Notes under the pieces: model-generated
What the model was told of the DNA's origin: nothing
What the model saw: only the letters and a program-made list of their open reading frames with translations
The model's database searches: none
Position numbers and translations under genes: made by a program
Assembly (NCBI GenBank): GCA_031459625.1
Contig: JAVKIH010000013.1
Location: 23,009-76,401 of the forward strand
Origin: Candidatus Geohabitans tengchongensis
Lineage (GTDB): Bacteria > Sysuimicrobiota > Sysuimicrobiia > Sysuimicrobiales > Humicultoraceae
Length of the DNA stretch: 53,393 bases
Direction of reading: 5' to 3'
In this document: positions 1 to 8,527 of the stretch, one piece after another
Position numbering within the stretch: the stretch's first letter is position 1
Layout: each line of letters starts with the position of its first letter

Positions 1-100
1 CGTGGGGAAGCAGCGGGCCCGGCGCGATCCCTACCTCCTCCGGCCGGGTGGCGAAGACCTGCGAACGCAGTCCAATGGACACCTGGGCCGGTTGCGGCAT
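1..100 (-). CDS. partial hypothetical protein (runs off window edge)
   Basis: Minus-strand ATG at 100 preceded by GGGGA; open frame MPQPAQVSIGLRSQVFATRPEEVGIAPGPLLPH to the edge. Confidence 0.45.
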   Translation of the reverse strand, partial: MPQPAQVSIGLRSQVFATRPEEVGIAPGPLLPH

Positions 101-254
101 GGCTGGTCCCCGATGTATCCGGAGCGCGGCCCCGGGCGGCGCTCCTCTTCCCCGAGACAGTTGTCGGGCTCAAGTTGATGGTATAAACACGCCAGCGGCT
201 GTGCGCGCAAAGTTAGGTCGAGTTTCTCCCGGAGGAGTACCTCTTCCTATCTTG

Positions 255-312
255 GCGCCGATTGTCGCTGGAGCGCCGATTGCCGCTGGCAAAACATAAG
301 CTAGCTAGCTAG
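255..312. repeat. 18-bp-period tandem repeat plus short CTAG repeat
   Basis: GCGCCGATTG(T/C)CGCTGG at 255-271 and 273-289; AGCTAGCTAGCTAG at 299-312. Confidence 0.7.
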
Positions 313-315
313 GGG

Positions 316-867
316 TTAGGCTTCGCCAAAAAGTTCTCCCAGTCGGCAGGAAAACCCCGGAAGGACAGGCTCCTCGATGGTCGCTTCCGGGCTCGACCAG
401 GCACGGGGCGACTCGCCCGGCGCATGACGGGTCACCGTGCGGGTACGAGGATCCACCACCCATACCGCCCGGACGCCAGCTTCGAGGTACTGCTCGATCT
501 TGCGGGCCAGATCGGGCTCCGAGGGATCCTGCACCTCGACGACCAGGTCCGGCGGGACCGTGGGGTAGCTCATCACGTCGGCGATGCGGGCGGCTCGTTC
601 GGCGGAGTAGAAGGTCACATCCGGGGCGCGCAGGACGTCGGGATCCCGGCGGACAAAGAAGCCGGACTCCCCAGCCAGCACCTCACCGAGGTGGTGCTCG
701 TGGACAAACCGCCGGAGGATGAAGTCGACTTGACTGGTAATCTTCCCGTGCAGCCATCCCGCCGGGGCCATGATGACCAGCTCCCCCTCGTCGATCTCGT
801 AGCGCCAGCCTTCTGGGAGCCGGCTGAGCTCCTCGGCGGTCCAGGGCTTCTTCGTGATGGTGCCCAC
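316..867 (-). CDS. Uma2 (DUF820) family endonuclease
   Basis: RYEIDEGELVIMAP...H, RAPDV, PPDLVVEV, KIEQYLEAGVRAVWVVDP motifs; GTG at 867 with AGGAGG SD and an extended -10 TGnTACACT (898-906). Confidence 0.92.
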   Translation of the reverse strand: MGTITKKPWTAEELSRLPEGWRYEIDEGELVIMAPAGWLHGKITSQVDFILRRFVHEHHLGEVLAGESGFFVRRDPDVLRAPDVTFYSAERAARIADVMSYPTVPPDLVVEVQDPSEPDLARKIEQYLEAGVRAVWVVDPRTRTVTRHAPGESPRAWSSPEATIEEPVLPGFSCRLGELFGEA

Positions 868-947
868 GGGTCGCGGCCTCCTTTGGTCCACAGCCGTAGT
901 GTACCATGGGTACGTCGAGGTGGTCGCCCCGCCCCGGATGCGACACC

Positions 948-1100
948 GTGTCTTGATCCAAGAGCCGGCGGCCTTCCGGAGCGGCCACCGTAGCAAGGCC
1001 TCGGCGGCCCGAGCCCCAGCGGGTTTGCAGCCGGCGGCGGCGCAGCAGGCGGTAGATCGTCGTCGGGGCCAGCCGCACCCCGCCCGCGCACTGGCCGGTC
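948..1100 (-). pseudogene. possible IS481-family transposase remnant
   Basis: Minus frame GGVRLAPTTIYRLLRRRRLQTRW resembles the HTH helix of IS481-type transposases; no DDE core seen. Confidence 0.3.
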
Positions 1101-1502
1101 CGGCTCGCAGGAGGCGAGGACGGTTCCGTGGACGCCCTGCAGCCGAGGACGCGCGAAAGCTCTTCAGGGCCGCTCAAGTACGCAAAAGGCCACTCGGGCC
1201 ACCAGTAGAGGGAAGATGGCGCGCAGGGGCGCTCCGGGAGGCATTGCTCGACACCAGCGAGGTATCCCGATACCCACCACGCGGAGCTATAAGGTTAAGG
1301 AAGCGACACCGGCTATCGAAGTGGAGAATTTTCAATCGGCGATCTGGGGAAATTCAAACCGGCGTTGACACGGCCGAGACCGCCGCGGCGGGCGCGGAGC
1401 GCGTGCTCAGGCGCCTGCGCAGCCGACGGGCGGCGTCGGGACCCGCGTAGCGGGACGGTGGGGGCAAGATCTGCTCGCCCGAATCCCGCCTCGCCCGCAC
1501 CT

Positions 1503-2066
1503 GTGGCCGAGATCTTCCTGATCACGGGCCGCCCCGGCGTGGGCAAGACCACCCTCATCCGCCGCCTCGCCGAGTGGCTGGGCCCGCGCGCCGGCGGTTT
1601 CTACACGGACGAGGTCCGTCATGGTGGGACGCGGGTGGGATTCCGGCTGACCACGCTCGACGGTCGCTCCGCGGTCTTCGCTCACGTGGATTTCGCGGGC
1701 CGGTCCCCGCACCGGGTCGGGCGCTACGGGGTGGACCTGGCGGTCCTGGAGGAGATCGGCGTGGCCGCCATCCGCCACGCGGCGTCGCGGGGCCAGATCG
1801 TCGTGGTGGACGAGATCGGCAAGATGGAGCTCCTGAGCGCCGCCTTCCGCCAGGCTCTCGAGGAGGTCGCCCGCGGGTCCGCACCGCTGCTCGCGACGAT
1901 CACGGCTGTCCCGCACCCCTGGGCGGATGCCTTCAAACGCCACCCACGCACGGTGATACACGTGCTGACACCCGCCAACCGGGATCGTGTGGAGGAGGCC
2001 GTCAGGACCTGGGTGGGGGCGCTCCCGGCAAGACCTGCAGGGCGGGCCCGCGCCCGTCGGCCGTGA
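1503..2066 (+). CDS. NTPase_1 (THEP1) family nucleoside triphosphatase
   Basis: ITGRPGVGKTT Walker A, GGFYTDEVR, RVGRYGV, VDEIGKMEL motifs. Confidence 0.92.
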   Translation: MAEIFLITGRPGVGKTTLIRRLAEWLGPRAGGFYTDEVRHGGTRVGFRLTTLDGRSAVFAHVDFAGRSPHRVGRYGVDLAVLEEIGVAAIRHAASRGQIVVVDEIGKMELLSAAFRQALEEVARGSAPLLATITAVPHPWADAFKRHPRTVIHVLTPANRDRVEEAVRTWVGALPARPAGRARARRP

Positions 2067-2223
2067 CGAACTCCCGGCGGAACTGGGGCGTCACGCCCAG
2101 GCGCTGGAGGACGTCCCGGGGGGCCCAGGTGTAGCTGGCCCCCGTGTCGACCACGGCATCCAGGGCTTCCCAGCGGTGCCCCTGCGGGTCCCCCAGCTCC
2201 AGCGTGACGCGGAAGGTCCCCAC
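2002..2223 (-). pseudogene. truncated clan AA (retropepsin-like) aspartyl protease
   Basis: MGTFRVTLE...VDTGASYT...LGV...TADGR, then homology is lost; the C-terminal half is absent and the frame overlaps the NTPase 3' end. Confidence 0.7.
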
Positions 2224-2247
2224 GAGGCATGCTCCGGCATCCCGGCT

Positions 2248-2276
2248 TTGACGGGAACCCGGTCATCGCCTATTAT
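2248..2276 (+). promoter_or_regulatory. sigma70-type promoter of the DEAD-box helicase
   Basis: TTGACG (2248-2253), 17-bp spacer, TATTAT (2271-2276). Confidence 0.8.
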
Positions 2277-2282
2277 GTAAAG

Positions 2283-2442
2283 GTCGTCCACTGCGTTCTG
2301 GCGAGGGGCGCCGGGTGCGCCCCTCGCGGTGTGTCGCGGGTCTAGTTCACGGCATCGGTCCGGCGAGACACGCGCAGGCGCCGGCACCAATGCTCCGGCG
2401 GCCGCCAGCCAGGCGGTCCGCCGGACCGTGAAGGAGATCTCG
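2283..2442 (+). promoter_or_regulatory. long structured 5' leader, candidate cis-regulatory RNA
   Basis: 11-bp hairpin 2301-2327; 10-bp long-range helix 2356-2365/2419-2428 enclosing two hairpins and ending next to the SD. Confidence 0.5.
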
Positions 2443-3615
2443 ATGAGCACACAGACCCTCCTGCAGGATCCCGCCCGCACCTCGGGCTTCGACCGCTTTC
2501 CGCTGCGCGCCGAAACGCTTCGGGCCATTGCACACCTGGGATGGCGGACCCCGACCCCCATCCAGGAGCGGGTCATCCCCATCCTCCTGGAGGGACGGGA
2601 CCTCATCGGCCAGGCCCAGACCGGCTCCGGCAAGACCGGAGCGTACGGCATCCCCCTGGTCGAGCGGGTGGACCCCGAGCCGCAGGACACGGCGCCGCCG
2701 AAGACGGGACCACAGGCGCTCGTCCTCGTCCCCACCCGCGAGCTGGCCCTGCAGGTGACCGACGACCTGCGGGCGCTGGGCGCGGGCCGGGCGCTGCGCG
2801 TCGTGGCCCTCTTTGGGGGCCAGCCCATCGAGCAGCAGTTTGCGGCCCTGCGCCGGGCCCCCCTGGTGGTGGTGGCCACGCCGGGGCGGCTCCTCGACCA
2901 CCTCGGCCGCGGCACCGTCCGCCTGACCGCCGTCCGCGTCGTCGTGCTGGACGAGGCCGACCGCATGCTGGACATGGGCTTCCTGCTGGACGTGAGCCGC
3001 ATCCTGGCCGCCACGCCCCCCGTGCGGCAGACCGGGCTCTTCTCGGCCACGATGCCGCCGGCCGTGCGCACCCTGGCCGAGCAGCGGATGCGCCGGCCGG
3101 TGTGGGTGGCCATCGACGCCCCGGTGCCCACGGTGGAGACGGTGGAGCAGTACTACGTCGAGGTGGCCGAGCGCGACAAGGTGCGCGCGCTGCGGCTGCT
3201 GCTCAGCCGGGAGCCCGTCGCCTCGGCCCTGATCTTCCGCCGCACGAAGCACCGCGCCGACCGCCTGGCCCGCCTGCTGGGGGAGCGCCACCGCGTGGGC
3301 GTGCTCCACGGCGGCATGGCCCAGGGGGCGCGGCTGCGGGCGCTGCGGGCGTTCGCGGAGGGGGAGCGGCCGCTGCTGGTGACCACCAACGTGGCCGCGC
3401 GCGGGCTGGACTTGCCCGCGGTCTCCCACGTCATCAACTTCGACATGCCCGAGGACGTGGACACCTACGTCCACCGGGTGGGCCGCACCGCCCGGGCCGG
3501 GCGCACCGGCGTGGCCATCACCTTCGTGGGGGAGCACGACCTGGAGGTCTTCGACGCGCTGCGCCGCCGCCTGGGAGCCCGCTTGCGCCAGCACCCGCTC
3601 AACGTCTACCGCTGA
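2443..3615 (+). CDS. DEAD-box ATP-dependent RNA helicase
   Basis: PTPIQ, AQTGSGKT, PTRELA, TPGR, DEAD, SAT, ARGLD, HRVGRTAR; AAGGAG SD. Confidence 0.96.
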   Translation: MSTQTLLQDPARTSGFDRFPLRAETLRAIAHLGWRTPTPIQERVIPILLEGRDLIGQAQTGSGKTGAYGIPLVERVDPEPQDTAPPKTGPQALVLVPTRELALQVTDDLRALGAGRALRVVALFGGQPIEQQFAALRRAPLVVVATPGRLLDHLGRGTVRLTAVRVVVLDEADRMLDMGFLLDVSRILAATPPVRQTGLFSATMPPAVRTLAEQRMRRPVWVAIDAPVPTVETVEQYYVEVAERDKVRALRLLLSREPVASALIFRRTKHRADRLARLLGERHRVGVLHGGMAQGARLRALRAFAEGERPLLVTTNVAARGLDLPAVSHVINFDMPEDVDTYVHRVGRTARAGRTGVAITFVGEHDLEVFDALRRRLGARLRQHPLNVYR

Positions 3616-3731
3616 ACCGGCCTGGCGCTGAGCCGGGCCGGCCCGCCCGTCGCTCCGTCCTGCGGGCCTGCGTCTGGGCCTCGCCTGCGCCGCGGTGCCC
3701 TGGCAGGAGTGTCACCCGCCCCGCGACAATA

Positions 3732-3742
3732 ACTGTATACAT
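3732..3742. promoter_or_regulatory. putative GntR-type operator 1
   Basis: ACTGTATACAT with palindromic core TGTATACA in an AT-rich patch upstream of the ABC operon; related sites at 7456 and 23400. Confidence 0.55.
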
Positions 3743-3832
3743 CTCTCGGGCGCCCAGGCGTACACGAGACGGCCGCGTCCGGTGGGGGCGGCCGGACCGT
3801 CCCGGGCGACGCCCTGCGGAGGTGACGGTCTG

Positions 3833-4825
3833 ATGCGCACGACCCTCTTGCTGATGGCGGGGCTCCTCCTGCTGGCGGGGACCCTGGGACCGGGGGGCCT
3901 GGCCGCGGGCGCGCCCGCGGCGCCCGTGGAGATCCGTCTGGGGCACGGCTTCGCCGCCGAGGAGCAGCTCTGGCTGATGGCGGCGCGCCCCGACATCACC
4001 CCCAACCAGGGGCGCGCCTATACGCTGCGCTTCACCGCCTTCCGGGCCAGCGACGACCGCCTGCGGGCCTACGAGGCGGGCCAGCTCGACGGCGGCACCA
4101 TCCCCGGGCCCACCGCGCTCTTCGCGGCGGAACAGGGGGTGCCGCTGGTGCTGGTGGCCAGCGTCTCCAAGGAGGTACCCGGCGGGAACTGGCACAACAC
4201 CACCTACCTGGCGCTGGCAGACGCGGGGATCCGCTCCGCCCGGGACCTGCGCGGCAAGCGGGTGGGGATCGTGGGCTTCAAGACCGCCACGGAGCTGTGG
4301 GCGCGGGCGGCCATCGACGCGGCCGGGCTCGACCCCAACCGCGATGTCAGCTACGTCATCGTCCCCTTCCCGGCCATGGGCGAGGCCCTGCGGGCACGGC
4401 GCATTGACGTGGGCGCCTTCCCCAACCCCTTCTTCCACGTGGAGCAGACGCGCGGCGGGGTGGTGGTCGTCTTCACCTCCAAGACGGGCGTCCCCTTCGA
4501 GGAGGAACTGATCACCATCTTCCTGCGGCCGGACTTCGTCCGGCGCCACCGCGAGGCCGTGCGGGCCTTCCTGCGCGACTTCGTCGCCGCCACGCGCTGG
4601 TACCTGGCCAACCAGCGGGAGGCGCGGCAGGCGCTGCTGGAGAAGCGCTTCATCACCGTGCCGCCGGAGGTCTACTTCAGCATGCAGGACTGGTACCGGG
4701 ACCCGTCGGCCCGCATCTCCTTCGAGTTCCTGCGCCGGATGCAGGAGCTGCACCTGAAGCTGGGCTGGCAGACGAAGGCGGTCGACGTGCGCCGGCTCGT
4801 CGACACCTCGCTGCTGCCCTTCTGA
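3833..4825 (+). CDS. ABC transporter substrate-binding protein (NMT1/SsuA/TauA type)
   Basis: Signal peptide, IRSARDLRGKRVG, AGLDPNRDV; GGAGG SD. Confidence 0.9.
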   Translation: MRTTLLLMAGLLLLAGTLGPGGLAAGAPAAPVEIRLGHGFAAEEQLWLMAARPDITPNQGRAYTLRFTAFRASDDRLRAYEAGQLDGGTIPGPTALFAAEQGVPLVLVASVSKEVPGGNWHNTTYLALADAGIRSARDLRGKRVGIVGFKTATELWARAAIDAAGLDPNRDVSYVIVPFPAMGEALRARRIDVGAFPNPFFHVEQTRGGVVVVFTSKTGVPFEEELITIFLRPDFVRRHREAVRAFLRDFVAATRWYLANQREARQALLEKRFITVPPEVYFSMQDWYRDPSARISFEFLRRMQELHLKLGWQTKAVDVRRLVDTSLLPF

Positions 4826-4860
4826 CGGAGACGCGGGGAGGCGGCACGCTGCGCGAGACC

Positions 4861-5766
4861 GTGGTGGACGCCGGGCGGGGTGAGCCCCGGGACGCGGCCG
4901 GGGCCGCGCGTCCGCTGGTGGAAGTCGCCGGGCTCTCCAAGGTCTTCACCCGCGGCGACCGGCGCGTCGAGGCGCTGCTCGACCTCTCCCTGGCGGTGCG
5001 CGCCGGGGAGTTCGTCACCGTGGTGGGGCCGAGCGGGTGCGGCAAGTCCACCTTCCTGCACCTGCTGGGCGGCTTCATCCCGCCCAGCGGCGGGGTGATG
5101 CGGGTGAACGGTCAGGAGGTGCGCGGCCCGGGGCCTGACCGCGGGGTGATGTTCCAGGAGCTGGCGCTCTTCCCGTGGCGCACCGTCCTGGGCAACGTGG
5201 TCTGGGGGCTGGAGGCGCAGGGGCGGCCGCGGGCGGAGCGGCTGGCTGTCGCCGAGCGCTACCTCGACCTGGTCGGGCTGCTCCCCTTCAAGGACGCCTA
5301 CCCTGCGGAACTCAGCGGCGGGATGAAGCAACGCGTGGCGTTGGCCCGCACGCTGGCCTTCGACCCGGCGGTGTTGCTGATGGACGAGCCGTTCGGGGCG
5401 CTGGACGCCCAGACGCGCGAGCTGATGCAGGAGGAGCTGCAGCGCATCTGGCTGGCCACGGGCAAGACGGTCCTCTTCGTCACCCATGACGTGGAGGAGG
5501 CGGTCTACCTGGGCGACCGCGTGCTGGTCTTCTCGGCCCGGCCCGGGCGCATCAAGGCCGAGGTGGCGGCACCCTTCCCGCGCCCGCGCAGCCTGGAGGT
5601 CAAGAAGAGCGAAGCCTTCCACGAGGTGCGCAACCGCGTCTGGGACCTGCTGCGGGAGGAGGTGCTGAAGCTGGGCGCGGAGGGAGCCGGCGCCCAGGCA
5701 GAGGGCGCCCGGGCGTCCGGGGAGCGGCCGCGCGGGCGCCCGATGGGGCCGGGAGGAGGGCCGTGA
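4861..5766 (+). CDS. ABC transporter ATP-binding protein (SsuB/TauB type)
   Basis: GPSGCGKST, LSGGMKQR, LLMDEPFGALD, VTHD. Confidence 0.95.
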   Translation: MVDAGRGEPRDAAGAARPLVEVAGLSKVFTRGDRRVEALLDLSLAVRAGEFVTVVGPSGCGKSTFLHLLGGFIPPSGGVMRVNGQEVRGPGPDRGVMFQELALFPWRTVLGNVVWGLEAQGRPRAERLAVAERYLDLVGLLPFKDAYPAELSGGMKQRVALARTLAFDPAVLLMDEPFGALDAQTRELMQEELQRIWLATGKTVLFVTHDVEEAVYLGDRVLVFSARPGRIKAEVAAPFPRPRSLEVKKSEAFHEVRNRVWDLLREEVLKLGAEGAGAQAEGARASGERPRGRPMGPGGGP

Positions 5767-6527
5767 CGCGGGAGGCTCTGGGGCTGGTGGTCGCCGTCCT
5801 GGCCCTGTGGCAGGGGGCGGCCGCCTGGCACGTCCTCCCGCCCTACCTGACCAGCCCGGCCGTGGTGCTGGCGGAGCTGCTCCGCCTGATCCGCAGCGGG
5901 GAGCTGCTCCTCCACAGCGCCGTGAGCCTCTACCGTTCGGCGGCGGGATTCGCGCTGGGGGCCGGGCTGGGGGTGGGATTGGGCTTGCTGGCCGGGGTGT
6001 GGCGGCGTGTGGGCGACGCGGTGGAGCCGCTGGTCTCGCTCACCTATCCCGTCCCCAAGGTGGCCTTCCTGCCGATCCTGCTGGTCTGGTTCGGCATCAG
6101 CGACACCTCCAAGATCCTCCTCATCGCCCTGTCGACCTTCTTCCCCTGCTACATCGCCGCGCTCTACGGGGTGCGGGCGGTGGACCCGCTGTGGGTGTGG
6201 GCGGCGCAGAACATGGGGGCGGGGCGGGGCCGCGTCTTCCTGCGCGTCGTGCTGCCGGGCGCGGCGGTGCACATCTTCAGCGGCCTGCGGGTGGCGCTGG
6301 CGCTGGCCTTCATCCTGATGGTGGCCTCCGAGCTCATCGGCTCGTCGAACCGGCTGGGACTGGGTTTCCTCATCCTGAGCGCGGACGCCGGCGGGCGGTT
6401 CGACCTGATGTTCGCGGCCATCCTGGCCATCGCCGTGCTGGGCTTCGCCGCCGACCGGCTGTTGCTGGAGGTGCGGCGGCGGCTCCTGGCCGGCATCGTG
6501 CTCATGGAGGAGGCGCGTCGTGGCTAG
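5763..6527 (+). CDS. ABC transporter permease (SsuC/TauC type)
   Basis: Hydrophobic helices, AAQNMGA EAA-like loop, GLGFLI; GTGA overlap with the ATPase. Confidence 0.92.
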   Translation: MTREALGLVVAVLALWQGAAAWHVLPPYLTSPAVVLAELLRLIRSGELLLHSAVSLYRSAAGFALGAGLGVGLGLLAGVWRRVGDAVEPLVSLTYPVPKVAFLPILLVWFGISDTSKILLIALSTFFPCYIAALYGVRAVDPLWVWAAQNMGAGRGRVFLRVVLPGAAVHIFSGLRVALALAFILMVASELIGSSNRLGLGFLILSADAGGRFDLMFAAILAIAVLGFAADRLLLEVRRRLLAGIVLMEEARRG

Positions 6528-7368
6528 GACGGCCGATCGCGCGGTGGCGGTCCGCCGCGACGTCGGCGTGGTCGAGGGCTCACGGCGGGTGCTCCCCGGG
6601 GTGGCGGCGGTGGCGGTCCGGGTGCTGCCGGTGGCGGCGGCGCTGCTGGCCTGGGAGGTGGTGGCGCGCTCGGGCCTGGTGAACCCGCGCCTCTTCCCCC
6701 CGCTCGGCGCCATCGCCGCGCACCTGGGGGCGCTGCTCCAGGACCCCCAGCTCGGCCGCCACCTGGGGGCCTCCTTCACCCGCATCGTGGCCGGCTTCGG
6801 CCTGGCCGTCGCCGTGGGCGTGCCGCTGGGAGTGGTGCTGAGCAGCGTGGCGCCGGTCAGCCGGGCGGTGGAGCCGCTCCTCGCCCTCACCTACCCCGTG
6901 CCGCGCCTGGCCCTCTACCCGATCCTCGTCTTCCTCCTGGGGATCGGACACCTCTCCAAGGTGACGCTGGTGGCGCTGGAGTGCCTCTACCCCATCGCCA
7001 TCAGCACCGCCGACGGGCTGCGCCACGTCGACCGCCTCTACCTCTGGTCGGCGCAGACCATGGGGGCGGGGCGGTGGCGCCTCTTCTGGCGGGTGCAGGT
7101 GCCGGCGGCGGCGCCGCAGGTCTTCGCCGGCTTCCGCATCGCCCTGCCCATCGCCTTCATCATCACCGTGCTCACCGAGATGGTCAGCGCCACCGAGGGA
7201 TTGGGCTGGCTCATCCTCTACGCGTCGGCCTCGCTGGTCCAGGCGCGCACCTTCGCGGCGGTGGCCCTGGTGGCGCTCATCGGCTTCGTCATGGACCGGG
7301 CGCTGGCCGCCCTGCGCAACCGGCTGATCTACTGGGAACGGGAAGAAGTCCTTGTGGCCTTGCGGTAA
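6520..7368 (+). CDS. ABC transporter permease (second subunit)
   Basis: Hydrophobic helices, SAQTMGA loop, GLGWLI. Confidence 0.92.
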   Translation: MARTADRAVAVRRDVGVVEGSRRVLPGVAAVAVRVLPVAAALLAWEVVARSGLVNPRLFPPLGAIAAHLGALLQDPQLGRHLGASFTRIVAGFGLAVAVGVPLGVVLSSVAPVSRAVEPLLALTYPVPRLALYPILVFLLGIGHLSKVTLVALECLYPIAISTADGLRHVDRLYLWSAQTMGAGRWRLFWRVQVPAAAPQVFAGFRIALPIAFIITVLTEMVSATEGLGWLILYASASLVQARTFAAVALVALIGFVMDRALAALRNRLIYWEREEVLVALR

Positions 7369-7411
7369 GCCCTGCCCCGCACGTCGCGCAGGCGCTCCTG
7401 CGGGCGCCCCA

Positions 7412-7468
7412 TTGACACCCCCACGGGGAGCCGGGTTACCATCGTTGAAGTTAGAACTGTATGACAGT
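7412..7468 (+). promoter_or_regulatory. putative promoter plus GntR-type operator 2
   Basis: TTGACA (7412-7417), 19-bp spacer, TACCAT (7437-7442); ACTGT-ATG-ACAGT at 7456-7468. Confidence 0.5.
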
Positions 7469-7507
7469 CCGACAATCCACGAGCGGAGGCGTGGGGGGGA
7501 GGGGGTT

Positions 7508-8521
7508 ATGGGCCAGAGGAGCCGCAGTGGAATGGCTGGTCTTCTGATCGTCGGGCTGATCCTGGGGATCGCCGTCCATCCCGCCTCGGCGGGTGCCGAC
7601 CGGGCCGTAACGCTCTATCTGGACTGGAGCATCGACGGTATCCACGCGCCGTTCTTCGTCGCGCTGAACAAGGGCTGGTACACCGAGTCCGGGCTGAGCG
7701 TGGACATCCGTCCCGGGCAGGGATCCAGTGATGCAGTCAAAGTTGTGGGGGCAGGCAGGGCCCAGTTCGGCTTTGCCGATGCCGCCACCATGGTCAAGGG
7801 CGTCGCGTCGGGGGCACCTGTGAAGATGCTTGCGGTCGTCATCCGGAAGACCCCGGCCGTCTTCCTCTGTAACAAGAACTTGAGGATTCGCGGGATTGCC
7901 GACCTCAAGGGCAGGTCTATCGGGGACGCTCCTCAGACCGCCACGGCGACGCTGCTCCCCGCCGTGCTGGAGGCCAACGGCCTGACCATGGCCCAGGTGA
8001 GATTCGTGGCCATGTCGTTTGCGGCGCGTGTACCCTCCGTTCGGGAGGGCAAGATCGACTGTGCCCTGGGGTACCTCCAGGAGTTCGTCAATGTCCTGGA
8101 CCAGTTCGATGTGCTCCCCTACCATGCCATGGGGATCAACTCCTATTCGAGCGGCATCCTGGTGAACACCCGTTATCTCCGGGGTAATGTGGAGACTGTC
8201 CGCAGGTTCGTTGAGGTTTCACTGCGGGGCCTTCAGTGGGCTCTGAGCCATCGCCAGGAAGCCGCCAACATTACCGCGGGCTATACGAAGGATCCGGGGG
8301 CCACTCGCGCCTATTTTGCCGCCGAGCTGGACGTGCTTGCGGCGTACTTCACGGATGACGAGGTGCTCCGCCGGGGCTTGGGGTGGATGAGCGAGGCGCG
8401 GTGGAGGACCACCCAGGAGCTCATGGTCAAGTACGGAGGTCAGCGTGCGCGGGTGCCGTTGAGCCAGCTCTACACCACGGAGTTTCTGCCGCCCAAGCCG
8501 TTTCTGCCGCCCAAGCCGTGA
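7508..8521 (+). CDS. ABC transporter substrate-binding protein (NMT1/THI5 type)
   Basis: Signal peptide, LDW..DGIHAPFFVALNKGWY...GLSVDIRPGQGS, DLKGRSIG. Confidence 0.92.
   Translation: MGQRSRSGMAGLLIVGLILGIAVHPASAGADRAVTLYLDWSIDGIHAPFFVALNKGWYTESGLSVDIRPGQGSSDAVKVVGAGRAQFGFADAATMVKGVASGAPVKMLAVVIRKTPAVFLCNKNLRIRGIADLKGRSIGDAPQTATATLLPAVLEANGLTMAQVRFVAMSFAARVPSVREGKIDCALGYLQEFVNVLDQFDVLPYHAMGINSYSSGILVNTRYLRGNVETVRRFVEVSLRGLQWALSHRQEAANITAGYTKDPGATRAYFAAELDVLAAYFTDDEVLRRGLGWMSEARWRTTQELMVKYGGQRARVPLSQLYTTEFLPPKPFLPPKP
8482..8517 (+). repeat. 18-bp perfect tandem duplication
   Basis: GTTTCTGCCGCCCAAGCC x2, giving FLPPKP-FLPPKP at the protein end. Confidence 0.85.
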
Positions 8522-8527
8522 TCCGGC

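Noticed and set aside
48..299. 83-aa plus-strand ORF
   Set aside because: No SD or recognisable motif, and it overlaps the more protein-like minus-strand partial gene.
854..1450. 198-aa ORF whose end (SRYP...AETAAAGAERVL) faintly recalls a HEPN C-terminus
   Set aside because: No convincing start, no Rx4-6H motif and no nucleotidyltransferase partner; the resemblance is too weak.
7370..7507. Guanidine riboswitch, expected because of the DUF1989 gene
   Set aside because: ACGG and ACGA occur but not in two well-formed hairpins; no class I or III pattern recognised.
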